NCBI GenBank assembly: GCA_041645215.1
Contig: JBAZQK010000001.1
Location: 118,091-182,090 of the forward strand
DNA from: Patescibacteria group bacterium
GTDB lineage: Bacteria; Patescibacteriota; Patescibacteriia; Veblenbacterales; UBA10138
Reading direction: 5' to 3'
Length of the DNA: 64,000 nt
The translations under genes and the position numbers were made by a program. The notes beneath the pieces were generated by a model. It did no database searches. It had not been told where the DNA came from and saw nothing but the letters and a program-made list of their open reading frames with translations. Positions 16,247 through 25,431 of the stretch are shown one piece after another. Position 1 is the first letter of the stretch. The number at the start of each line of letters is the position of its first letter.

Positions 16247-17077
16247 TCAGGTAGAATTTTGATTGGTTGCCAAGCGATAAACATTCCAAAGCAGCATAGC
16301 TACCGTCATAGGCCCCACGCCACCCGGCACGGGCGTTAAATAGACTGACCGATTTATAAAATCGGCAGCTTTAATGTCGCCCTTAAGTTGATTGTTTACT
16401 TTGGTGGTGCCAACATCTATTAGGATGGTGCCGTCTTTTACCATTTGACCAGTGATTATTTCCGGTTGCCCCAGGGCCACAATAATAATGTCAGCCTTAA
16501 GTAATTCAGCCGCTTCCGGCTGGAGACTGGTTTTTACCACTAATCCAAGTTGTCCGAGTAGCCAGCTTAAGGGCTGGGAGAATTCTTCACTATTAGCTAA
16601 AATTAAGACAGCTTTGTTTTTTAATTCCAAACCGGTTAGATTTATTAGTTTAATAATACCTTCACTAAGACCGGGAATAATTGATGGTTGTCCGCTGGTC
16701 AATTTTTTTAAGTTTAGCGGGTGAAAACCATCAGCATCTTTATTAGGGTCAATAGAGTTAATAACTGTTTGTTCGGGTAAAGGGGCGGGTAAGGGCAATT
16801 GCACTAAAATGCCGTGGATATTGGCGTTTTCATTAAAAGTTTTAACAGCTCCAGTAATTTGGGAGAGTGTGGCGGTGGCTGGTAAGATGATTTTATTAAC
16901 ACTGATGCCAACTTCAGCCGCGGCTTTTTCTTTTAGGCTGACATATAAATGTGAAGCTGGGTCATCGCCAACTAAAATTACCCCTAGACATGGGGTAAAA
17001 TCTAGAGCTGATATTTTTAGTTTAAGTTCTTGCAAAAGCTGTTCGGCAAGAGCGCGTCCGTTTAACAGAGTGGCCAT
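16247..17077 (-). CDS. folD: Bifunctional methylenetetrahydrofolate dehydrogenase/cyclohydrolase FolD
   Basis: GILVQLPLP, DADGFHPLNLKKL motifs; 276 aa. Confidence 0.9.
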   Translation of the reverse strand: MATLLNGRALAEQLLQELKLKISALDFTPCLGVILVGDDPASHLYVSLKEKAAAEVGISVNKIILPATATLSQITGAVKTFNENANIHGILVQLPLPAPLPEQTVINSIDPNKDADGFHPLNLKKLTSGQPSIIPGLSEGIIKLINLTGLELKNKAVLILANSEEFSQPLSWLLGQLGLVVKTSLQPEAAELLKADIIIVALGQPEIITGQMVKDGTILIDVGTTKVNNQLKGDIKAADFINRSVYLTPVPGGVGPMTVAMLLWNVYRLATNQNST

Positions 17078-18370
17078 TTAGTTTAATTCAGGATATAAAG
17101 GATATTGCTTAGTTAAATTTTTAACTCGCTGTTTGGCCTTTTCTAAAATTGATTCATCAACCGGTGATTTTAGAACCGAACTTATAATTTGGCCAATTTC
17201 CATCATGACTTCTTCCTTCATACCGCGGGTGGTTAAAGCCGGCGTGCCCAAGCGAATACCGGAAGGGTCCAGCGGCGAGCGGCTGTCATAAGGAATAAGA
17301 TTTTTATTTACCGTGATGCCGACGGTATCAAGAACCGTTTCGGCGGCCTGGCCGGTTAAGTTGAAGTTGCTGACGTCCATAAGTATTAAATGGTTGTCAG
17401 TGCCGCCGGTTATTAAGTTGGCGCCGGACGCAGTTAAAGTTTTGGCCAACGCTTTACTGTTCTTAACAATTTGACTGGCATAATTTTTAAAGTCCGGCTG
17501 ACTAGCCTCTTTTATCGCTACCGCAATAGCGGCGGTTTGGTGGTTATGGGGGCCGCCTTGCAACCCGGGAATAATGGCGGCGTCAATTAATTCCGCCAGG
17601 TTCCGTTTGCTGGTCGCGTGATAAAGGTCGTGCCAGCGGTCGGCAACATTCGGCGTCATTATAATTGCCCCGCGCGGTCCGCGTAAGGTTTTATGAGTGG
17701 TAGTCATCACGATATCGGCATAGGGAACGGGCGATTGGTGTTGGCCGCCAATAACTAATCCGGCAATATGTGATATATCAGCTAACAAATAAGCCTTTAC
17801 TTCATCGGCGATGACGCGGAAGCGGGAAAAATCAATTTGCCGCGGGTAGGCGGTAGCTCCGCAAATAATAAGTTTAGGTTTGGTGGCGCGGGCAATTTTA
17901 CTGATTTCCTCATAATTCAGTAAATGAGAAGATTTATCAACACCATAACCAAAAGCTTTATAGAATCGGCCCGAGAAGTTTAGTTTATAGCCATGGGTTA
18001 AGTGGCCGCCTTGAGATAATTCCAGTCCCAGTATATTATCGCCTGGTTTAAGAAGGGCAAACATTACCGCTTGGTTGGCGGGTGATCCGGAATAAGACTG
18101 CACATTGGCGTGGGCGACGCCAAATAATTTTTTAACTCGCGCGCGGGCAATTTCTTCAATTTGGTCAATATATTTATTACCGCCATAATAGCGTTTGCCC
18201 GGATAACCTTCGGAATATTTATTGGTCAGGATGGTGCCGCTGGCGGCCATAACCGCCAGTGACGTAAAATTTTCCGAGGGTATCATTTCCAGGCCGTGGC
18301 GTTGGCGGTCAAGTTCCTGATTGATTAGTTTGGATATTTCAGGGTCAGTGTTTGGTAGCCAATTACGCAT
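17078..18370 (-). CDS. glyA: Serine hydroxymethyltransferase
   Basis: LEMIPSENFTSLAVMAASGTILTNKYSEGYPGKRYYGG, PLP-Lys context TTHKTLRGPRGA; 430 aa. Confidence 0.9.
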   Translation of the reverse strand: MRNWLPNTDPEISKLINQELDRQRHGLEMIPSENFTSLAVMAASGTILTNKYSEGYPGKRYYGGNKYIDQIEEIARARVKKLFGVAHANVQSYSGSPANQAVMFALLKPGDNILGLELSQGGHLTHGYKLNFSGRFYKAFGYGVDKSSHLLNYEEISKIARATKPKLIICGATAYPRQIDFSRFRVIADEVKAYLLADISHIAGLVIGGQHQSPVPYADIVMTTTHKTLRGPRGAIIMTPNVADRWHDLYHATSKRNLAELIDAAIIPGLQGGPHNHQTAAIAVAIKEASQPDFKNYASQIVKNSKALAKTLTASGANLITGGTDNHLILMDVSNFNLTGQAAETVLDTVGITVNKNLIPYDSRSPLDPSGIRLGTPALTTRGMKEEVMMEIGQIISSVLKSPVDESILEKAKQRVKNLTKQYPLYPELN

Positions 18371-18481
18371 ATAATTATGGTACCTCCTCCGCGGCCAATT
18401 TGTCTACGTTTAGTTGTTTAGTTGGCCTGGTTTAGCTTGTTAAGCCGATTATAAAGCCTTATACTGATAAAGTAATAATTT

Positions 18482-19618
18482 ATGAAAAAATTGTATAAAA
18501 TTTTTAGTTTGTCTTTATTTATAATAGCGTTACTTAACGGTCTGCCGGCGCGGGCGGCGGTTGATGATAATAATACGGGGGTAGCGGCAGATAAGGTTAT
18601 TGATGGCAATTATTATACCGTTAACACCAATGTTGAAATTGCCGGAAAAGTTACGAGTGATGTTTTTGCGATTGGTCAAAGGGTTGATTTAACCGGTGAC
18701 GTTGCCGGTGATGTTTTTGTGATGGCGGGAAAGGTGCGGATCAAAGGCAAGATTGGCGGTAATGTGCGGGTCTTGGCAGGTACAGTGGAAATATCCGGTG
18801 TGGTCGCTAAGAATATTCTTGCTGCCGCCGGAACCGTGGATATTTCCGCCGACAGCAAGATTGGCGGTCATGTTACGGTGCTGGCTAATGAGTTTAAGAG
18901 CCTGGGCACAATTAGCGGCAGTTTGTTGGTTAGAGCCGTAACCATGGAAATAAATAACTACATAAACGGCCCGGTTAATTTGTGGCTGGAGAAAAATGGC
19001 AGATTAGAAGTTAAAGATCAAACTGTGATTGACAATGAATTTATTTATCACGCTTTTAAGCCGGCGTTAATTTCTACCCAGGCCCGCTTAGCCAAAGGCG
19101 TCACGCACCAAGAATTAGTCAGCCAATCGTCCAATTTTGGTCAGCGCGGTCGTAATTGGTTAATCGCTTTATTTGGGTCATTGGTGTTGGGAATGGTCTT
19201 GTTTAGTTTGACGCCTCAATTAGTAATGAAAGTTGGTCGTCAAATGTTAGTTAAACCCTGGTTGAATTTGGGTTGGGGATTGTTGTGGACAGTGGTTGTT
19301 CCGGTGCTTAGTATAATTTTGATTTTAACTTTGATTGGCATACCGTTGGCGATATTGGCAGTTTTGGTTTATGTCGGCGGAATAGTGGTGGCGCCGGTGT
19401 TGGCCGCCGCCGCGGCGGCGGATTACGCCCGGTCCAAGCCATTGCTCAAGTTTGCCAGCGGTTATTCCGAGCTGACCTTGATATTGTTAGCTTTGCTGTT
19501 TTATCATTTGTTTAGATTAGTGACATTGGTCGGCCCGTTGGCCGCCGTGGTGGTAGCTTTAATAAGTTGGGGAGCGGTAATCCGTTTGTTTAAACAGAAT
19601 GGATTAGTTAAAACATAA
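18482..19618 (+). CDS. Bactofilin-like (beta-helical repeat) protein with signal peptide and C-terminal multi-TM region
   Basis: Repeats GDVAGDVFVMAGKVRIKGKIGGNVRVLAGTVEISGVVAKNI...; C-terminal hydrophobic helices. Confidence 0.45.
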   Translation: MKKLYKIFSLSLFIIALLNGLPARAAVDDNNTGVAADKVIDGNYYTVNTNVEIAGKVTSDVFAIGQRVDLTGDVAGDVFVMAGKVRIKGKIGGNVRVLAGTVEISGVVAKNILAAAGTVDISADSKIGGHVTVLANEFKSLGTISGSLLVRAVTMEINNYINGPVNLWLEKNGRLEVKDQTVIDNEFIYHAFKPALISTQARLAKGVTHQELVSQSSNFGQRGRNWLIALFGSLVLGMVLFSLTPQLVMKVGRQMLVKPWLNLGWGLLWTVVVPVLSIILILTLIGIPLAILAVLVYVGGIVVAPVLAAAAAADYARSKPLLKFASGYSELTLILLALLFYHLFRLVTLVGPLAAVVVALISWGAVIRLFKQNGLVKT

Positions 19619-19622
19619 AGAT

Positions 19623-20951
19623 ATGAATCAGAATATTTTTAAAGCTTACGACATTCGTGGTATTTACCCGACAGAATTGAATGAGGCCGCCGCGCTGGCG
19701 ACAGGTCGGGCGGTGGCCAAAATAGTTAACGGCGGCCGAGTGGTAGTGGGACGGGATATGCGCCTGTCGTCACTAAGTCTTCACCAAGCATTGATAAGAG
19801 GCTTGATTGCCGGCGGCGCCAAAGTAGAAGATATTGAACTAGCATCAATTGACGCGGTTTATTTTGCCGTAGGCAGATATGAGTATGACGCCGGTATAAT
19901 GGTGACGGCTTCGCATAACCCGCCGGAATATAATGGTTTTAAAATAGTAAAAAAAGGGGTCGAGATTGTGCGCGGTCAAGATATAAAAAAAATAATGGAT
20001 GGCGATTTGGTCGAGCCAGCTAACTCCGGCAGTCTGCGGCAAGTAAATTTGTGGTCAGAATATATTAATTATTTAAAGTCATTTGTTAATTTATCAGCCT
20101 TGCGTTCACTTAAGGTTGTAGTTGACGCCGGCAACGGAATGGCTGGTTTGGTTATACCTCGGCTGATGACCGGTTTACCGTTTGAAGTTGAACCTTTATT
20201 TTTTGAGCTGGATGGTTCGTTTCCTAATCGGCCGTCAAATCCGTTGGCCGATGGCGCAACCCGAGCAGTGACAGAAAAAATAATTCAAGTTAAAGCTAAC
20301 TTAGGAATAATATTTGACGGCGATACTGACCGTGTATTTTTTATTGATGAAACGGGCCGTTTTGTTCCGGCTGACATAACTCTAATTTTATTGGCCAAAG
20401 AGTTTTTGCGCCGTGAACCCGGTTCGGCGATTGTTTATAATTTGATTTGTTCGCGGGCCGTACCGGAGTTTATTACAAAATGGGGCGGTCGTCCAATCAG
20501 GAGCGCCGTTGGTTATGTTAATATGCGAACCAGTATGATAGCTAATCAAGCGATTTTTGGCGGTGAGCTTTCCGCCCATTATTCCTTCCGTGATACTTAT
20601 TATGCTGATTCCGGTTTTGTCGCGGTTTTATTGGTGCTGGAGCTGCTGTCGCGGCAAAACCAGCCGTTATCGGAATTAATAAAGGCCTACTCGCCATACG
20701 TTAAATCACCAGAAACTAATTTGACCGTTAAAGATCCGCCAATGATTTTAGCTGAACTTAAAAAACACTATGCTGATTCTCAAATCGATGAGTTAGACGG
20801 CGTGACGGTTAGTCACCCTAATTGGTGGTTTAATGCCAGACCATCAAATACCGAACCATTGTTGCGAGTAGTTGTAGAAGCTAATAACCAGCAACTTATG
20901 GAGGTAAAGTTGAAAGAAATAGTTGATTTTATTAAGAGTTTATCACGGTAA
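19623..20951 (+). CDS. Phosphomannomutase/phosphoglucomutase family phosphohexomutase
   Basis: Active-site TASHNPPEYNGFK, Mg-binding FDGDTDR; 442 aa. Confidence 0.8.
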   Translation: MNQNIFKAYDIRGIYPTELNEAAALATGRAVAKIVNGGRVVVGRDMRLSSLSLHQALIRGLIAGGAKVEDIELASIDAVYFAVGRYEYDAGIMVTASHNPPEYNGFKIVKKGVEIVRGQDIKKIMDGDLVEPANSGSLRQVNLWSEYINYLKSFVNLSALRSLKVVVDAGNGMAGLVIPRLMTGLPFEVEPLFFELDGSFPNRPSNPLADGATRAVTEKIIQVKANLGIIFDGDTDRVFFIDETGRFVPADITLILLAKEFLRREPGSAIVYNLICSRAVPEFITKWGGRPIRSAVGYVNMRTSMIANQAIFGGELSAHYSFRDTYYADSGFVAVLLVLELLSRQNQPLSELIKAYSPYVKSPETNLTVKDPPMILAELKKHYADSQIDELDGVTVSHPNWWFNARPSNTEPLLRVVVEANNQQLMEVKLKEIVDFIKSLSR

Positions 20952-20966
20952 AAAATTTTTATTATG

Positions 20967-21107
20967 CCCAGTAATACAACTTGGCTAGCACTCGCCCTAA
21001 CCACCAGCTATCATAATTTTATGTTTTATCTAACATCATTTAATCATTTATTCTTGTATAACCACGCTTCGTGCGTAAGGGTGGTTTAGCCAAGTTGATA
21101 TACTGGG
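20967..21107. repeat. Inverted-repeat hairpin element CCCAGTAATACAACTTGGCTAG ... TAGCCAAGTTGATATACTGGG ending 1 nt before murI ATG
   Basis: ~20-bp inverted repeat read directly; same CCCAGTAWWACWACTT terminus family as 1238 and 43165. Confidence 0.55.
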
Positions 21108-21108
21108 T

Positions 21109-21888
21109 ATGATTGGTTTATTTGATTCCGGCATTGGCGGATTAACCGTCGTGCGCGAGGTAATGAAAAAGTTACCTAACCAAAGTTTGCTTTATTTTGG
21201 CGATACGGCTCGTACACCCTACGGCAATAAAAGTCCGGAGGTAATTAAGCAGTATGGTTTGGAAGCGACGCGATTTTTGGTGGAGCATGGCGCTAAAGTG
21301 ATAGTGGTGGCTTGTAATACGGTATCAGCGGTGGGTATAGAAGCTATTAAGGAGCACTATCCGGAAATAGAAGTTTTTGATGTTATAACTCCGGCGGTGC
21401 AGGCTATTAAGAATTTACCTCATGCTAAACGAATTGGCATTATGGGCACACGAGCTCTGGTTAACAGTGGCATTTATGAAAAATTATTAAACGCGCCTGG
21501 CCGCGAAGTGGTCTCTTATCCGGCGCCATTGTTAGTGCCGTTAGTAGAAGAGGGTTGGCTTAATAAACCCGAGACCAAACGGATTATTAAACATTATTTG
21601 TTACCCTTTAAACAGGCGCAAGTTGAGGTTTTGGTTTTAGCTTGTACCCATTATCCCTTAGTTAAAAAATTAATTATTGCCCGTTTAAGCAAGCGAACAA
21701 AAGTTATTGATCCAGCCCAGGAAACAGCCGCTGTGGTGGCCGCCTTAGTTAATAAACAGCCAGCCTTAGCCGTTTCCAGCGCTAAGCCGGAGCATCATTT
21801 TTTTGTGACTGACCTTACGGTTCACACCCAGGCCATAGCGCAGAAATGGTTACAACGAGAAGTTAATTTAGAAAAAGTAAATTTATAA
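21109..21888 (+). CDS. murI: Glutamate racemase
   Basis: FDSGIGGLTV, VVACNTVSAVG, LACTHYPL motifs. Confidence 0.9.
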   Translation: MIGLFDSGIGGLTVVREVMKKLPNQSLLYFGDTARTPYGNKSPEVIKQYGLEATRFLVEHGAKVIVVACNTVSAVGIEAIKEHYPEIEVFDVITPAVQAIKNLPHAKRIGIMGTRALVNSGIYEKLLNAPGREVVSYPAPLLVPLVEEGWLNKPETKRIIKHYLLPFKQAQVEVLVLACTHYPLVKKLIIARLSKRTKVIDPAQETAAVVAALVNKQPALAVSSAKPEHHFFVTDLTVHTQAIAQKWLQREVNLEKVNL

Positions 21889-21906
21889 ATTTTTAACAAA
21901 AAATAT

Positions 21907-22914
21907 ATGGCCAAGATTTTATTTACTGAATTAGAAGGCTGGGAAGAAGCCGATATTAAAGCGGCCCTGCCGGAACATGATTTGGTTTTAAAAACCGAGC
22001 CGCTTAAAGATGAAGATTATGCGGCTATTGGTTCGGCCGAGATAGTGGCGCCGTTTATTTATACACCCATAACAGCCGAAGTTATGGCTAAGTTACCGAA
22101 TTTGAAGTTAATAGCTACTCGTTCCACTGGCTTTGATCATATTGATGTGGCCGCTGCCAAAAGTAAGGGCATAACCGTTTGTAATGTGCCGTTCTATGGG
22201 GAAAATACTGTGGCCGAACACGCCTGGGCATTAATTTTAGCTTTATCGCGTAATATTTGTACGTCTTACGACCGCACCAAAGCCGGCAGTTTTTCTTTTG
22301 CCGGCTTGCGCGGGTTTGATTTAAAAGATAAAACGCTCGGTATAATCGGCGGCGGGCATATTGGTCAGCATGTAGCCAGAATGGCCCAAGGGTTTGCCAT
22401 GAAGGTTTTAGTGTTTGATCCTAAGCAGGATGAGTCACTGGCTACTAGTTTGGGATTTTCTTATGTATCTTTGGCTGAGCTATTAAAGAAATCTGATGTT
22501 ATAACTTTACACGCGCCTTATAATGATAAGACCCATCATTTATTAAATCGTGATAATTTACGTTTAATGAAACCGAGCGCGATTTTGGTTAATACGGCCC
22601 GGGGCGGGTTGATAGATACGCTCGCTCTAGCTGAAGCCTTAAAAGGCGGGCGGTTGGCAGGGGCGGGTTTGGATGTATTGGAGGAGGAATCGTATATCAA
22701 AGAGGAAATTCAATTGTTGTCGCCAGAATTTCACAAAACTTGTGATTACAAAACTTTGATAGCCAATCATATTTTATTGGAAATGCCTAACGTGATTATT
22801 ACCCCGCACAATGCCTTTAACAGCCAAGAGTCTATTAAGCGCATTTTGAATACCACTTTGGATAATATTAAAGCTTATTTGGCAGGTCAGCCGATAAACA
22901 CGGTTCATAATTAA
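21907..22914 (+). CDS. D-isomer-specific 2-hydroxyacid dehydrogenase (D-lactate dehydrogenase-like)
   Basis: NAD-binding GIIGGGHIGQHVA, catalytic NTARGGLID, 335 aa. Confidence 0.75.
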   Translation: MAKILFTELEGWEEADIKAALPEHDLVLKTEPLKDEDYAAIGSAEIVAPFIYTPITAEVMAKLPNLKLIATRSTGFDHIDVAAAKSKGITVCNVPFYGENTVAEHAWALILALSRNICTSYDRTKAGSFSFAGLRGFDLKDKTLGIIGGGHIGQHVARMAQGFAMKVLVFDPKQDESLATSLGFSYVSLAELLKKSDVITLHAPYNDKTHHLLNRDNLRLMKPSAILVNTARGGLIDTLALAEALKGGRLAGAGLDVLEEESYIKEEIQLLSPEFHKTCDYKTLIANHILLEMPNVIITPHNAFNSQESIKRILNTTLDNIKAYLAGQPINTVHN

Positions 22915-22931
22915 AGTCAGCTAACAATTTT

Positions 22932-23516
22932 ATGCAGGCCGTATATACGAACTTTTATTTATTTATCATGGCTGTGGTGTTGGCCTTAATGGAAATTCAA
23001 ACCGAGGGCCGACACGGCTGGGCTGGTGATTTGCCGACTTGGCGTCCCAGTAATCAGAAGTGGTACACGCGCTGCTGGCGGCGGCTAATGAATGACAAGG
23101 ATTTAACCGGTTATCACGTTGGTATTTTTAGTTTTGTTTTTTTGGTATTTCACCTGCCTTATGTTTTTGGTTTTCCCTTCACGTTGTCTCATTGGTCGCA
23201 AACTTTATCCTTATTCTTTTTGTTCGTGGTGTTGTGGGATTTTTTGTGGTTTGTGCTTAATCCTTATTATCCTTTAAGTGAGTTTAAAAAGGAACATATT
23301 TGGTGGCACAAAAAATGGTTGGCCTTGGCGCCGATGGATTATTACAGCGGCGTGCTAATATCTTTGTTTATTCAAATTATCGCCGCCGTGGTGACTTATT
23401 CTTGGCTGCCGCTTGGTTGGTGGCTGCTTAATTTGGGTTTATTTTCTTTGCTTACTTTGGTGGTGGTGTGGATTAGCCATTCGGTTCTTGATATTGATAA
23501 CTGGCAGAAGAAATAG
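22932..23516 (+). CDS. Hypothetical polytopic membrane protein, Trp-rich
   Basis: 194-aa ORF with 4-5 hydrophobic helices. Confidence 0.4.
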   Translation: MQAVYTNFYLFIMAVVLALMEIQTEGRHGWAGDLPTWRPSNQKWYTRCWRRLMNDKDLTGYHVGIFSFVFLVFHLPYVFGFPFTLSHWSQTLSLFFLFVVLWDFLWFVLNPYYPLSEFKKEHIWWHKKWLALAPMDYYSGVLISLFIQIIAAVVTYSWLPLGWWLLNLGLFSLLTLVVVWISHSVLDIDNWQKK

Positions 23517-23585
23517 TGGTTATTGGTTGTTAAAAATAAAAAGGGTCTAAATTAAGGCCCTTTTTTCTAATTATTATTTTTTGTT

Positions 23586-24269
23586 TTACATGCTCAAATC
23601 ATCATAGGCTACATCGACCACAAATTGGTTAAAATCATGTTTGAAGCCAGTAATTATGAGTATATCTTTGTTTGGTATTATGATCGCATCATTAAGTATT
23701 TCGTAGTCGTTCCCATAGTAGTCACGGATTATGCTATTTATCTTTTCAAAACCACTGGCTGATGTGCCAAGGTCTAAACAAAAAGATTCTTGATGAACCA
23801 AGAGTAACAGCATTAATCCCGATAGATGTTTGTAGCCGTTTATTGTTTCTTGGTCTTTTAAAATCATACTCATTTTAAAAGTTTCAGTGGTCTTAACGTT
23901 TAATTTTTCTGCCGCATAGTATTCAAACGTACCAATTTCTTTTTTTAATTTAACGATTTCTTCCCACAATTCAATAAGAATTGGGCCAATTTCTTGCTCT
24001 GTCATTTTAGAAATAACAGGCAGGAGGTTTCTAATTTTCATTTCAGTGGCATTATAACCCAAAACAAGTCTGCCTAATCTTCTTAAATTATTGTAGAAAC
24101 ATGATTCTACATAAGCTATGTTGTAGTCTCCTTGTAAATTGTTATGTTTACCCATTTGGCATACCAAGACAACATATAACATCTTAAGAGCAAATAACTT
24201 GACTCTTAGAATTGGCGCTTTGACTCCACCAAAATCAAAGTAATTTAAAAAATATGTTAAAGAATACAT
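23586..24269 (-). CDS. Hypothetical protein in AT-rich island with own strong promoter and SD (possible acquired/defence-type gene)
   Basis: 227-aa ORF, visibly more AT-rich than neighbours; upstream TTGACA-N16-TATGAT (minus strand, ~24308-24336) and AAGGAGGAAAA before ATG; flanked by bidirectional hairpins. Confidence 0.4.
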   Translation of the reverse strand: MYSLTYFLNYFDFGGVKAPILRVKLFALKMLYVVLVCQMGKHNNLQGDYNIAYVESCFYNNLRRLGRLVLGYNATEMKIRNLLPVISKMTEQEIGPILIELWEEIVKLKKEIGTFEYYAAEKLNVKTTETFKMSMILKDQETINGYKHLSGLMLLLLVHQESFCLDLGTSASGFEKINSIIRDYYGNDYEILNDAIIIPNKDILIITGFKHDFNQFVVDVAYDDLSM

Positions 24270-24408
24270 TTTTCCTCCTTAAGGCTGTTTTATTTTTATT
24301 ATTTTTTAACTTTATATCATATACTATTTGGTAATTTTGTCAAGCCTTTGTATAATACCTAAAAACCCACTATTGTGGGTTTTTAGTGAAGGAAATTAAT
24401 TAGGTTGT

Positions 24409-25401
24409 TTAAGCCAAGCCCATTCGTTCTTTAACATCCTGCAGGGTTTTTTGCGCGATTAAGCGAGCTTGGTCGCGGCCCGCGCTCATAATTTTATTAA
24501 CTTCCTGCGGTTTAGCCGCCAGTTCCGCCCGTCGCTCCTGAATTGGTTGTAAAACTTTAATAATAGTTTCAGACAAAATCGGTTTAAATTCCGAATACTT
24601 TAACTCACCGGCTTTGTAAGCGTCGTCCAGTTGCTGTTTTAGTGGTTTGTCAGTGGAAAGAATTTTAAACATATCAAGCAAGTTGCGGCCGCCGGATACC
24701 TGACGGCCGTCAGCGCCGCCTTCATCAGTTACGGCTTTGGTGATTTTTTGGCGGATCGTTTCCGGTTTGTCATCTAAAGTGATGCAATGGTTGGGGCCAA
24801 GTGATTTTGACATTTTTTTATCCGGCTCCAATAAATCCATCACCCGGGGTACTGAACCCAAATAGGCTTTTGGTTCTTTAAAGTAGTCTCCGAACAAATT
24901 GTTAAATTTATGAACAATAAATCGAGTAAGTTCAATATGTTGTTCCTGGTCTTCGCCCACCGGTATTAGTTCAGCCTGATAAAGCAATATGTCAGCCGCC
25001 ATTAAAACCGGATAATTCAACAAACCGGCGTTAACGGCCGTGGCGTGTTGGCGAGATTTATCTTTATATTGCGTCATTCTTTCCAGTTCGCCAACGGGCG
25101 TGATGGTATTAAGCAACCAAGCCAGTTCAGTGTGTTCCGGAACGTGGGACTGGATAAATATGACGCTTTTTTCCGGATCAAGGCCGGTTGACAATATATC
25201 TAACACCGCGTCTTTAACCAGCTTGGGCAGGTCTTTGGCATTATAAGGCGCGGTGATGGCATGATAATCAACTACCGCGAAGAAACAACGGTTGTCATTT
25301 TGCAAATAGGCCCAGTTTTGCAGGGCGCCCAGGTAATTTCCTAAATGAATCTCACCCGATGGTTTAATGCCGGAAAATATCACTTTGCCTTTGGGAAACA
25401 T
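24409..25401 (-). CDS. trpS: Tryptophan--tRNA ligase
   Basis: FSGIKPSGEIHLGNYLGA (HIGH-type), KMSKS; collinear with E. coli TrpS by eye; 330 aa. Confidence 0.9.
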   Translation of the reverse strand: MFPKGKVIFSGIKPSGEIHLGNYLGALQNWAYLQNDNRCFFAVVDYHAITAPYNAKDLPKLVKDAVLDILSTGLDPEKSVIFIQSHVPEHTELAWLLNTITPVGELERMTQYKDKSRQHATAVNAGLLNYPVLMAADILLYQAELIPVGEDQEQHIELTRFIVHKFNNLFGDYFKEPKAYLGSVPRVMDLLEPDKKMSKSLGPNHCITLDDKPETIRQKITKAVTDEGGADGRQVSGGRNLLDMFKILSTDKPLKQQLDDAYKAGELKYSEFKPILSETIIKVLQPIQERRAELAAKPQEVNKIMSAGRDQARLIAQKTLQDVKERMGLA

Positions 25402-25431
25402 AATATTTAAAATTAAAAATCAAAATTATTT

